From assembly GCF_006345805.1 (NCBI RefSeq), contig NC_043025.1:14694001-14758000 (forward strand): a DNA stretch of 64,000 bases. The letters run 5' to 3'. Below are positions 51,901 through 64,000 of this stretch, piece after piece (position 1 is the first letter of the stretch; each line of letters starts with the position of its first letter). The position numbers and the translations under genes were made by a program. The notes under the pieces were generated by a model. That model worked only from the letters and a program-made list of their open reading frames with translations. It was not told the origin of the DNA and did no database searches. The DNA is from Octopus sinensis (Eukaryota).

Positions 51901-53519
51901 ATTGTCATCAAATAATGTTTCGAACCTGTTGGATAAATTGCAGTGAACCTTATAATGTCCAAAGGGTCAGAAGGATTTTGTTTTCTCTTTGATGCAGTTG
52001 AAACATTCTTGCCAGGGGTTTCCAGTTCCATCTGAACTTTGTGTAATGTCTAAATCAAGTAAGAAATAAGATACACCATGTGTATGTGTGTATATATATA
52101 ATGTACATGCACACACATATGTGTGTGTGTGTGTATATATGATGTATAAAACTGGGGTATAGTAGGAAGTGTATATTGGTTAATGTAAAAATCAGTATTT
52201 TATATATACATACATATAGCCATATTTCGTCTGCCGTTACGTTCTGAGTTCAAATTCTGCCGAGGTCGACTTTGCCTATCATTCTTTCAGAGTCGATAAA
52301 TTAAGTACCAGTTACGCACTGGGGTTGATGTAATCGACTTAATCCCTTTGTCTGTCCTTATTTGTCCCCTCTATGTTTAGCCCCTTCTGGGTAGTCAAGA
52401 AATATATATATATACATACATATGTGTGTGTGTGTGTTTATATATCACTTCTGTCTATAATTTATAATATATAACTATTACTATACAATTTATATATGAT
52501 CTCTATCAGTTTATAATTCATACGATGTGTATGTATCACTATGTCTTTATAGTTTGTACACATAAATAGATAGAAATACTCGTTATTAATTAGAATGTTA
52601 TTGTTGTTATCATTCAGGTGGCAAGCTGTGCAATGCAGAGCAGCTTTTCATCTGTCTCTGGGTTCTGAGTTCAAATTCTGCCTGGGTTGACTTGACTTTG
52701 CATTCTTTTGGGATTGATAAAATAAGTACCAGTTGGCTACTGTGGTTGATGTAATCAAATTGTACACCCTCCACCTCAAACTGGTGGTTTGTGCAAAAAT
52801 TTGAAATCATCATTATTATTATTATTATTAAGGCCTTGTGCCTAGAGTAGAAATAATAATAATAATAATAATAATTATTATTATTATTGTTGTTGTTGAG
52901 TGAGAGGGCAGTGCATGCCACTAAAGTGACACTGGGGTAAAATATATGAAGCCTAGTATACCCATCATGACAACCTGTCTGATAAGGGTACACCAGGTAC
53001 ATGCATCACAACCTTATGTGCGCGACATGGTGATCTCATATCAAGATAAACAGCACACGACCTCGCAGATGGGGCCCGGTTACGATTTTCTTCAGGTCGA
53101 GTAGCCCATCCCACTCAAAAGGACCCCGAATAAAGGTTTGTTTAAGGATGTTGAATAAAACAGCCGTTTCTGCTATTAAATATTATATTAGAGAAGTATT
53201 GTTTATCTCTATATCAACATCTGTGACAAAGCTCTATGATCATAGACAATCCAACCATGACCATGGTATATTACTGTATATCCCAATGTAGTCTTCTTTA
53301 TTTATGATGCTGGGATGGGATTTGGCTGCTCTGTCTAGCTGATTGGGTTACTTGATACAGGCTCGGAATGTCGAGAGGTGATGATTGGATATAAGGGCAA
53401 GGCATGAATACATCAACATCTTAGCTCCCTAACTTCTTTAATTTATACATGACTTCTTAGCATAATTGTGTGAGTGTATATGGTTATGTATGTGTGTTCC
53501 TATATATATATATATATAT

Positions 53520-53900
53520 AGGCGTAGGAGTGACTGTGTGGTAAGTATTGCTTACGAACCACATGGTCCCGGGTTCAGTCCCACTGCATGGCACCTTGGG
53601 CAAGTGTCTTCTACTATAGCCTCGGGTATTTGGTAGACGGAAACTGAAAGAAGCCCGTCGTATATATGTATATATATATATGTGTGTATGTATTTGTGTG
53701 TCTGTGTTTGTGTACCCCCAACATCGGTTGACAACCGATGCTGGTGTGTTTACGTCCCCATAACTTAGCGGTTCGGCAAAAGAGACTGATAGAATAAGTA
53801 CTAGGCTTACAAAGAATAAGTCCTGGGGTCGATTTCCTCGACTAAAGGCGGTGCTCCAACATGGCCACAGTCAAAATGACTGAAATGAGTAAATGAGAGT
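53520..53900 (+). mobile_element. SINE family A
   Basis: Family A match with an internal deletion. Confidence 0.85.
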
Positions 53901-54179
53901 AAATATATATTGTAACCCATCATGAGAAAGCGGATGTTATGATGATGACACATGTATGTGTATGTATATTTATGTATAGGTATGTTGGCATATGTGAATG
54001 TGTGTATGTGTGTGTGTATATTTCTGGATGTATAAGTGCACACATCTTGGTGGTCTTTGTATGTGTGTATGTACACACACACACACAAACATGGACACTT
54101 GAACCTCATCATGAACAAATATACACACACACATATACATACATACATCTATCTAAATATATATATATATATACATATA

Positions 54180-54405
54180 GGCGAGCTGGCAGAAACGTTA
54201 GCACGCCGGGCAAAATGCGTAGCCATATTTCGTCTGCCGTTACGTTCTGAGTTCAAATTCCGCCGAGGTCGACTTTGCCTTTCATCCTTTCGGGGTCGAT
54301 AAATTAAGTACCAGTTACGCACTGGGGTCGAGGTAATCGACTTAATCCGTTTGTCTGTCCTTGTTTGTCCCCTCTATGTTTAGCCCCTTGTGGGTAATAA
54401 AGAAA
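54180..54405 (+). mobile_element. SINE family B
   Basis: Full monomer, GGCGAGCTGGCAGAAACGTTAGC...GGGTAATAAAGAAAT. Confidence 0.9.
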
Positions 54406-56450
54406 TATATATATATATACACATATATACAAATACACACACATATGCATACATACATACACACATATACATACACATATTTACATACACACACACACAT
54501 ATATATGTAAAGCGTGTGAGTTGTGTAGTTTCCCATACAGTCCTACACTTTGCTTTGCAATCCTGACATTCTGTGTTTAATTCCAGAACCTGAAATGTGG
54601 GGAGCCAATGCGTTGTCCCTTAGCCATGGGGGTCGACCCATGAGTGTGGTTTGGGTAGATACGGACAGGGTGGAAATAGAGTGGACTGTTGTACCCTGTA
54701 ATTCAATGATTCAGTCTTGTGTCATACATTCTGCCTGAGAATTACATTGAAAGTACGCATGTCTGTGGAATACGCAGCCTTCTGTGCCACTAATTCAATT
54801 AGTAAGCTAGTTAATGAATGAATTAATTATATATATTTATAATATTTTGGTTAATTAATTACATAGGCACAGGGGTGGCTGTGTGGTAAGAAGTTTGCTT
54901 CCCAACCATATGGTTCTGGGTTCAGTCCCACTGGACTGCACCTTGGGCAATAGCTTGACAGACCAAAGCCTTGTGAGTAAATTTGGTAGATGGAAACTGA
55001 AAGAAGCCTGTCACACACACACACATATATGTATATATATATAAATATATATATATATGTGTGTGTGTGTTGTGTTTGTCCTCCCTCCCCACTGCTTGAC
55101 AACTGGTGTTGGTGTGTTTACGTCCCTGTAACTTAGCAGTTCAACAAAAGACACCGATGGGCTTTAAAAGATAACTACTAGGCTTGATTCATTCGACAAA
55201 ATTTATGGCAATGCCCCAGCATGACCACAGTCTAATGACTAAAACCAGTAAAGGATAACAAACACACACACAAATTGTCTTTGTCTTTGTGTATAATATT
55301 TCCACGCCCCAGCCCCCCCCCCCCCCACCACCACCACCACCCGCCCTTCAGTTCCTTCTTTTCACTGAGATTCTTGTACTAATCAGCTTAAAAACGGTGG
55401 ATCAGAAGCAACAGCAGCAGCAGCAACAACAACAACAACAAAGGGACAAACAATTTTGTTTTTTAATCCTTATATTTTTCTAAGAAAATTTGTAAGGAGT
55501 AAATACTGCAAAAAAAAAAGATATCCAAAAATTTGAATAAATTTAAATATATTTATATGTGTGTATGCTTGCATGTATGTATGCATGTTTCTATATATAT
55601 ATGTAATGTGTGCATGGATATATATGTGTCTATCTATATAAATAAATATATATATATATATATATCAATGTATAATATAAATATATATATATGTATTCAT
55701 GTATAATATAAGTATATATATATATATATATATATATATCCATGGATAATATAAGTATATATATATATATATATATCCATGTTTAATATAAATATATATA
55801 TATATCCATGTATAATATATATATATATATATATACACACATAGAGGTGTACAGAAGTGTTTATATGTACACAGACATGTGTATATGCATATATGTGCAT
55901 ATACAAAGATGGCCAAAAGTGGGTATAAAGCTGCTAAATATGAGTGAAATATTCTATCGCAAAAAATGATAAACAGAGAAATGAAACGCTCGTATTCAGC
56001 ATCTGAATAACGACTTTAAACACCCCCCATGCACTCTCTCTATCTATATGTGTGTGTGCATGTGTATATATATATATAGACACACACAATTGCACACAGA
56101 TGGGTCGGCTGCCGTCAGTCATTGAGCTGAGGTGTGTTTGATTAAGAAAATATATTCAAACCTCAGTGCAATGATTGGAACAATTAATTAACAATTAGTA
56201 AACTGGCTTATTTCATGAAATTGCAGTACAGTTTGGCAGTTACTGTATGGGTGTGTGTGTGCATATATACACCCATGAATATGTGTGTGTATATATATCT
56301 ATATATATATACACACACACATATGTGCATGTTGAATATATTTACATTTAAATGTGTGTGTATATATATATATATATATACACCGGAGTAAACACATAAA
56401 TGTGAAACAAGGTGGAAAAAAAGAGTACTCAAATAACAATGGTAGAGTAA

Positions 56451-56571
56451 TATGCTTTATTTAAAAGCAGCAGAAAATTCAACAAAACCTGTTACTCGGA
56501 GTTTCCCGTTGCAACGAGAAACTCAGAGTAACAGGTCTTGTTGAATTTTCTGCTGCTTTAAATAAAGTATA
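56451..56571. repeat. Palindrome centred inside a hammerhead-like stem II
   Basis: Arms mirror around GTTGCAAC; the right arm reads GAAACTCAGAGTAACAGG, matching the motif at 30135-30172. Confidence 0.85.
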
Positions 56572-57725
56572 TATATATATATATACATACACATTTATGT
56601 ATGTCTGTACATATATGAATATATGTATGGATATTTATGTTTGTACATGTATGTATATATGTGTGTGTATATGTGTGTGTGTGTGTATGTATATATATAT
56701 ATGTATGTATGTATATAAAAAGATACTCACCAAAATTTTTCCAAATTTTGTAATTTTGAAATGGAATTTTGCTATTCTTTTCCTTTTTGTAATTAAAATT
56801 TTTATTGATCCTAATTTGTTAACGATCTGTTATGTTGTTGTCTTTGAATCATTCTCGTTGGCAAGGGTCATCAGTGGAAAGTCGTGTTTGGTCTTTGATT
56901 AAGTGGAGTGATGACAAAGACAAGACTCACTGGGAGTCCTGAAGGGGTCACATTGTTTATGAACTCTCTCTTTCTTTCTGTGAAGGTGCCTGGCCCAGTG
57001 GTTAGGTTGTTGTACTCACCATCGCTGGGTCGCAGGTTCAATCTCTGGCCTGAGTGGTGCTTTGTTTTTTTAATTTTTTTTTTAGCAAAACACATTATTT
57101 TACTTTGTCCCCTTGCAACAGACAAGGTTTTCGATTAGGGGTCGGTGTTGGCCTGTTTACCTTGCCAGCAGGGAGGTATCGTTCGAAAGCTAACACAATG
57201 CAAAGCGTATTGTGACCATCAATGTGTAACAACGTCTGATATAGACTGGTCGATCCCATGATAATATGATATTTTCAACCATATCTGCCTCCACCGTCAG
57301 CCACCCCATTCTCCGTCCCATGCTATATCATCAACCATCCAACCACTTCTACTCAGCTTCTGCATTGTAGGGTCACTCGGGCACCTTATTGCTGTTATCT
57401 GTCTCTTGCAGCTCCCATGGCTCATTTCCTCTTTCTTTCTCCTCATTTCCCCTTCTAGATGTGAGTAGCCATGCAAATCCCTTTACAGGAATCTTCTCTG
57501 CCCGTCCGCATCCACCTCATCTCAAAGCAATCCTTTTGCCCCTCCACATAAGGGTTTGTAGTTCTGCGAACTGCATGGCAACTTTAAGAGTACTGGTGAC
57601 ATGAGAAAAGCACTCAATCCATGCTGTGAAGTATGAAGGGCATCCAGCTGTAGAAACTGTGCCAAAACAAAGACTGGAGTACGATGCAGTTGTTGGACTC
57701 ATCCAACCCATACCAGCATATGTAT

Positions 57726-58066
57726 TACTCTTTACTCTTTTACTTGTTTCAGTCATTTGACTGCGGCCATGCTGGAGCACTGCCTTTAGTCGAGCAAATC
57801 GACCCCAGGACTTATTTTTTTGTAAGCCCAGTACTTATTCTATCGGTCTCTTTTGCTGAACCGCTAAGTGACAGGGATGTAAACACACCAGCATCAGTTG
57901 TCAAGCAGGCTTCTTTCAGTTTCCGTCTACCAAATCCACTCACAAGGCATTGGTTGGCCCGGGGCTATAGCAGAAGACACTTGCCCAAGATGCCACGCAG
58001 TGGGACTGAACCCGGAACCTTGTGGTTCGTAAGCAAGCTACTTACCACACAGCCACTCCTGCGCCT
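57726..58066 (-). mobile_element. SINE family A
   Basis: Family A match lacking the central microsatellite. Confidence 0.87.
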
Positions 58067-59600
58067 ATGGATTATATATATACACGAGTGTATATATATG
58101 TGCGTGTATGCGGAGAGGGAGAGAGAAATATATTAAAAGGGACAATCTCGAAAGACAGAAGAGATTTCCCTGACAAATAAAAGGGGGCAGCAAATTCCTA
58201 TTTGGGTTACATCCCTTCAGTGGATGTTTCTATCCTCTCCCTTCTGGTAAAACCCTTTTCTCATATTTAACTGTATTTTGATGTTTCCGAACATCCTGTT
58301 GTACTGAGCTGTTTTTACTGAGCTCCAGGCCAACGTGGATTGAACGAAATCACCATCAAAAGCATTCCAGTTGTGACCATCTCGTCTTTTTTTGCACAAG
58401 AAACTACATTGTGTAATGTAGTTCTTACTTTTCTTATAAGAATGAGTTGAAGACATTAGCTGTTCTTTCTAGCAGATCCTGTGACTATGCAGATAATATT
58501 ATGATGTCTGTAAGAGATGGATATCAGGAAAAGGCGATGAATGGCCCTGGTTATCTTCTGTTCACCTCCTTTTCATCATCATCATCATCATCATCGTTTA
58601 ACGTCCGTTCTCCATGCTAGCATGGGTTGGACAGTTCGACCGGGGATCTGGGAAGCCAGAAGGCTGCACCAGGCTCCGGTCTTTTCTGGCAGTGTTTCTA
58701 CAGCTGGATGCCCTTCCTAATGCCAACCACTCCATGAGTGTAGTGGGTGTTTTTTATGTGCCACTGGTGCAAGGCGAGGCTGGCAACGGCCATGATCGGA
58801 TTGGTGCATTTTACATGCCACCGGCACGGAAGCCAGTCGAGGCGGCGCTGGCATCGGCCACGATTCGGATGGTGCTTTTTACGAGCCACCGGCACAGAAG
58901 GCCTTTATCTACACCACAAGGTTCATATTTCGTTTCAATCTGGTTAACATGTCGTTTACCACCGGAAAAGAAGTGAAAGTAAATTGTACTAAAAAGCTGA
59001 AAGTAAATGATTTAAAAAAAAAACCATTTGGTGTCCGATCGATGAGCTTTCTCTGTTGGTCTCAGCAGCTTTTATACTCAGTGGTGCAAGCTGTGTAGTA
59101 AGTTTACTTCCCAACCACTTAGTTCTGGGTTCAATCCCACTGCTTGGAACCTTGAACAAGTGCCTTGCGCTGATCAAAGCCTTGTGAGTGGATTTGGTAG
59201 GCAGAAATTGAAAGAAGCCTTCGTGTGTTAGGTGTCTTTATTTGTTCCCCAGCACAACACATGATAATTGATGTTGGTTTGTTTACGTCCCTATAACTTA
59301 GCAGTTTGACAAAAGACACCATACTTAAAAACCAGGACTTGGACGATATAGGAAAGCCTTTTCACAAGATCCAAAATGATTATTGTTTCTGTTGTTAGTG
59401 AGAAAGATAAGGCAGTGGCACCTTGGGCAAGTGTCTTCTACTATAGCCTCGGGCCAACCAAAGCCTTGTGAGTGGATTTGGTAGACGGAAACTGAAAAGA
59501 AGCCCGTCTTATATGTATATATATATATATATATGCATGTGTGTGTTTGTGCTTCTGTGTTTGTCCTCCTAGCATTGCTTGACAACCGATGCTGGTGTTT

Positions 59601-60066
59601 AAAATAATAATAATAATGAAATTATTGTATACAGTGCTCAGGTGCACCACAACTTGTCAGAAAGTGCATATAAAGCATATGCAGTAATGTACAAATGTCT
59701 GGGAAGTGAACAATGCATGAGTCAGATACATGCTTGCTTGTGTGTATGGAGGGGAGAAAATCAGGTGTAGTGTTGGCGAATCTCAGGAAGCATGGAAGTT
59801 TTGAAGGATGCAGTGCTCCAACAACTAACAACTGATGCCGGCAGTTTGTTCTATGCTTCAGCAACTCTCAGCGTGAAAATATGTTTCCTGAAGTCATGGG
59901 AGCTGTGCTGTTTTCTGACTTTGTAAATATGTCCACGGGTGTTAGATGGGTGGAGTTTGAAAAGGTGCTCAGAGTTATTGTTTGTACGATGGTTGATAAT
60001 TTTATGGGTGTCTGCCAAGTCAGCTGCCAGACGTCGGAGTTTCAATGTGTCCATGCCCAGGGAAGT
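59601..60066 (-). mobile_element. CR1-group LINE 3' end with a (TTA)n tail
   Basis: LKLRRLAADL...LFKLHPSNTRGHIYKVRKQ...FTLRV resembles the CR1/L2 ORF2 C-terminus. Confidence 0.82.
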
Positions 60067-60386
60067 ACATTACTTAGCGGTTCGGCAAAAGAAACCGATA
60101 GAATAAGTCCTGGGCTTACAAAAGAATAAGTCCCAGGGTTGAGTTGCTCGACTTAAGGCAGTGCTCCAGCATGGCTGCAGTCAAATGACTGAAACAAGTA
60201 AGAGAACAGTGGCAGATGAAACGCTGCTAAGCATTTTGCCTGGCATGCTAACGATTCTGCCAGCTCGCCACCATAATAATAACAATCCTTTTTACTACTA
60301 TATGCGGGTTACCACCTGTGACCTTAGACATCCACAATCTTTCAATAGTCTTTCGGGTGCTTAACACCCTTGTGATAATCTTTCCT

Positions 60387-60718
60387 GGGATCTTTTCCTT
60401 TTGAACGGCAGATGTCAACATAATTTCTAGTTAACTAAACACTTAGGGTTAGGGTTGGGGGGGAGGTTTAGGGTTAGTTACAGGATGTTGTCTCAGTTTT
60501 AGACGCAGCAAATGATTTTAGTTGAATGGAGGTAATCGATTGGTTAAAATTGCCGAAATGCTTGGATTTTCAGACGAAATAGCTTACTATGGAATTTTCT
60601 CAATAAAACCAAGAGAAAATGATGTTTTATAAACACATTCTGCCAGTATACAAAGTTTAAAAGTGTTTAGTTAACTAGAAATTGTGTTGAAATCTGGCTA
60701 TCAAAAGGAAAAGATCCC
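60387..60718. mobile_element. MITE with ~58-bp TIRs and a 6-bp TSD
   Basis: GGGATCTTTTCCTTTTGA...TCAAAAGGAAAAGATCCC, flanked on both sides by TTTCCT. Confidence 0.85.
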
Positions 60719-60870
60719 TTTCCTGTTCTCCAGGACATACTATTCCAACCATTTGTCTACATCTTTACTCACAGGTCCCAATGCACCAATTATTATAGGA
60801 ACTAAGGGATCAGATTTGTTGCTTTTTTGTCTTCTTTCTTTTACTATTATTATTATTATTATTATTATTA

Positions 60871-61262
60871 TAGGCGCAGGAGTGGCTGTGTGGTAAGTAG
60901 CTTGCTAACCAACCACATGGTCCCGGGTTCAGTCCCACTGCGTGGCACCTTGGGCAAGTGTCTTCTACTATAGCCCCGGGCCGACCAATGCCTTGTGAGT
61001 GGATTTGGTAGACGGAAACTGAAAGAAGCCTGTCGTGTATATGTATATATATATATGTGTGTGTTTGTCCCCCTAGCATTGCTTGACAACCGATGCTGGT
61101 GTGTTTACGTCCCCGTTACTTAGCGGTTCAGCAAAAGAGACCGATAGAATAAGTCCTGGGCTTACAAAGAATAAGTCCCGGGGTCAATTTGCTCGACTAA
61201 AGGCGGTGCTCCAGCATGGCCGCAGTCAAACGACTGAAACAAGTAAAAGAGTAAAGAGTAAA
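60871..61262 (+). mobile_element. SINE family A (young, CpG-intact)
   Basis: Full-length copy ending in an AAGAGTAAAGAGTA tail. Confidence 0.92.
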
Positions 61263-62972
61263 GTGGTCAGCTGGCAGAATCTTTAGGATGCTGGATAAAA
61301 TGCTAAGCAACATTTTGTCCATGTTTACATTCTGGGTTCAAATTCCGCCAAGGTCGATTTTACCTTTCGTCCTCCTGGAGTCGATAAAAAATGTACCAGT
61401 TGGACACTGGGGTCGATAGTATCAGTATACCCCCTCCCCTCAAATCTGTTGGCCTTAAACGTAAATCAGAAGTAATTTTAATTGCAAGAGAAAAAATTCT
61501 TGAAAAAACTCAAAATCTGTTCAGGTTTTTTTTTTGTTTTACGATATTTCAGAGCAGGGGAGAGAACTCTGGCTTAATCCAACGTGGTTGATTTGTTTCG
61601 CCTTACTTTTGAGTTGATGTTAGACACGTGTTCCAGCCGTGACCATCACGTCATTTATAGTGTCTTTAAAAATGGAAGGACACATTATTTTGGTCTCAGG
61701 TAAACTATGCCACTCAAGGTACCTGCTCTTGCTTAGCCCTAGACCAGCCTTAATCAAGTACACACATGATCGTAGACAATCCAGTCGTGCCCCCCCCCCC
61801 GTATATTGTTGTGGTTGTTTCGCCCGGGGTCAGCTCTGATTGAGAAGTCCTAAAGATTTAGCTATTTCGTTTAAACTCTTGAGGGGTGGTCACCAGGTAG
61901 TGCTTTCATTCCATATGTTCTGTGATCTGGGTGGATGTGAATGTAGATCCCTTTTTAAAGTTATCTCTGTAATTTTTCTATAGAATTTAGAGCCAGCACA
62001 GCAAGTTATGATGTTTCATATATGATTACGTCTATGTAAACAATGTGATCGAAGATAGGAAAAAGTGTTAACTGGTCTATATACAGATTTCAGGACCACT
62101 TGCTCTATCATCAGCTCCTCATGCAGTCCATGAATCCATCCTTAGAAACTCAACAAATTTAGTGGTGGAACACAATTGGATATATAGTAATTTTATATCA
62201 TCATCATTTAACGTCCGTTTTCCATGCTAGCATGGGTTGGACGGTTCAAATGGGGTCTGGGAAGCCAGGAGGCTGCGCCAGGCCGTCTGATCTGGCAGTG
62301 TTTCTACGGCTGGATGCCCTTCCTAACGCCAACCACTCTGTGAGTGTAGTGGGTGCTTTTTATGTGCCACCTGCACAGGTACCAGACGAGGCTGGCAAAC
62401 GGCCACCGGCACGGGGGCCTTAAAATTTCAGAAGGGGCAAGTCAATTTCATCGACCCCAATACATGACTGGTATTTTTTTCGACTCTGAAAGGATGGAAG
62501 GCAAAGTTGGGCTTTATGGAATTTGAACTCCGAACATAAAGATGGATGAAATGCCACCAAGTATTTCGCCTGGCATGCTAACCATTCTGTCAGTTCGTCA
62601 TCGTTACTAATTTTATGCATTAAACACATTCCTGGAAACTATTTGGTTCAATTTAATTTGCTGCTTGAGACACGATTTTGCTATGCACCCAGAGAATACC
62701 ACCAAGTACAAAGCTGCTGGATGCTGACGTGTTTATGGAGGAATGAGAGTGAGTGGCTTCAGAAGGATGCTTTGTGGTGGGGCAAACTCGTTTGTGCTTG
62801 TCTCCACTTAACCGAGAGTAGGTCTGCTAAGTATTTGAGATACTCATAGGCCCCCGCTGTGTCTACACTAGCCTCAGATTATTTTGATGTCTCTCTATTG
62901 GACAATTCATCAGATTTTCTTTCATTGCCCTTTGTATCTTCCCATGATTCTCTGTTTGTCAATTTCTTCTTT

Positions 62973-63319
62973 AATAATAATGAAATTATTGTATATAGTG
63001 CTCAGGTGCACCACAACTTGTCAAAAGTGCGTATAAAGCATATGCAGTAATGTACAAATGTCTGGGAAGCAAACAGTGTATGAGTCAGATACATGCTTGC
63101 GTGTGTATGGAGGGGAGAAAATCAGGTGTAGTGTTGGCGAATCTCAGAAAGCATGGAAGTTTTGAAGGATGCAGTGCTCCGACAACTAACAACTGATGCC
63201 AGCAGTTTGTTCCTTGCTTCAGCAATTCTTAGCATGAAAAAATGTTTCTGAAAGTCATGGGAGCTGTGCTGTTTTTCTGACTTTGTAAATATGTCCACGG
63301 GTGTTAGATGGGTGGAGTT

Positions 63320-63357
<38 letters not shown>

Positions 63358-63694
63358 AATTATTGTATACAGTGCTCAGGTGCACCACAACTTGTCAGAA
63401 AGTGCGTATAAAGCATATGCAGTAATGTACAAATGTCTGGGAAGTGAACAGTGTATGAGTCAGATACATGCTTGCGTGTGTATAGAGGGGAGAAAATCAG
63501 GTGTAGTGTTGGCGAATCTCAGAAAGCATGGAAGTTTTGAAGGATGCAGTGCTCCGACAACTAACAACTGATGCCAGCAGTTTGTTCCTTGCTTCAGCAA
63601 TTCTTAGCATGAAAAAATGTTTCTGAAAGTCATGGGAGCTGTGCTGTTTTTCTGACTTTGTAAATATGTCCACGGGTGTTAGATGGGTGGAGTT

Positions 63695-63729
<35 letters not shown>

Positions 63730-64000
63730 AATTATTGTATACAGTGCTCAGGTGCACCACAACTTGTCAGAAAGTGCGTATAAAGCATATGCAGTAATGT
63801 ACAAATGTCTGGGAAGTGAACAGTGTATGAGTCAGATACATGCTTGCGTGTGTATAGAGGGGAGAAAATCAGGTGTAGTGTTGGCGAATCTCAGAAAGCA
63901 TGGAAGTTTTGAAGGATGCAGTGCTCCGACAACTAACAACTGATGCTGGCAGTTTGTTCCATGCTTCAGCGTGTGTATGGAGGGGAGAAAATCAGGTGTA
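62973..64000 (-). repeat. Tandem array (~375-bp unit) of a CR1-group LINE 3' end
   Basis: About 2.7 near-identical units, each with a (TTA)n tail. The two complete units end at the same truncation point GGGTGGAGTTT. Homologous to 59601-59960. Confidence 0.92.

Noticed and set aside
55289-55483. Poly-Pro/poly-Gln ORF
   Set aside because: It derives from C-runs and (CAG/CAA)n simple repeats and has no splice or homology support.
62973-64000. Possible CRISPR-like array
   Set aside because: Whole units are repeated with no unique spacers, there are no cas genes, and the context is eukaryotic.

Overview
AT-rich, microsatellite- and SINE-saturated animal genomic DNA. The repeat families resemble those of octopus/coleoid cephalopods (inference). 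The only supported host gene is an Iroquois (Irx, TALE-class homeobox) gene on the minus strand. Three phase-compatible coding exons can be read (6452-6147, 3115-2976, 2094-1742); the middle one is missing from the ORF track, the start exon was not found, and the 3' exons probably lie left of the window. The remaining ~57 kb is an apparent gene desert containing five SINE-like families, non-autonomous Helitrons, a complete but broken mariner, maT/DD37D remnants, R4/Dong, RTE and CR1-group LINE ends, MITEs, many fold-back palindromes and a 100-N gap. The most interesting hidden layer is about a dozen minimal type I hammerhead-ribozyme motifs in short Penelope-like repeats. They include one canonical-core copy, stem covariation between copies, and a family with a compensatory U3-A8 core arranged in tandem. 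Most ORFs in the supplied track are microsatellite or SINE artefacts. All coordinates were counted by eye.
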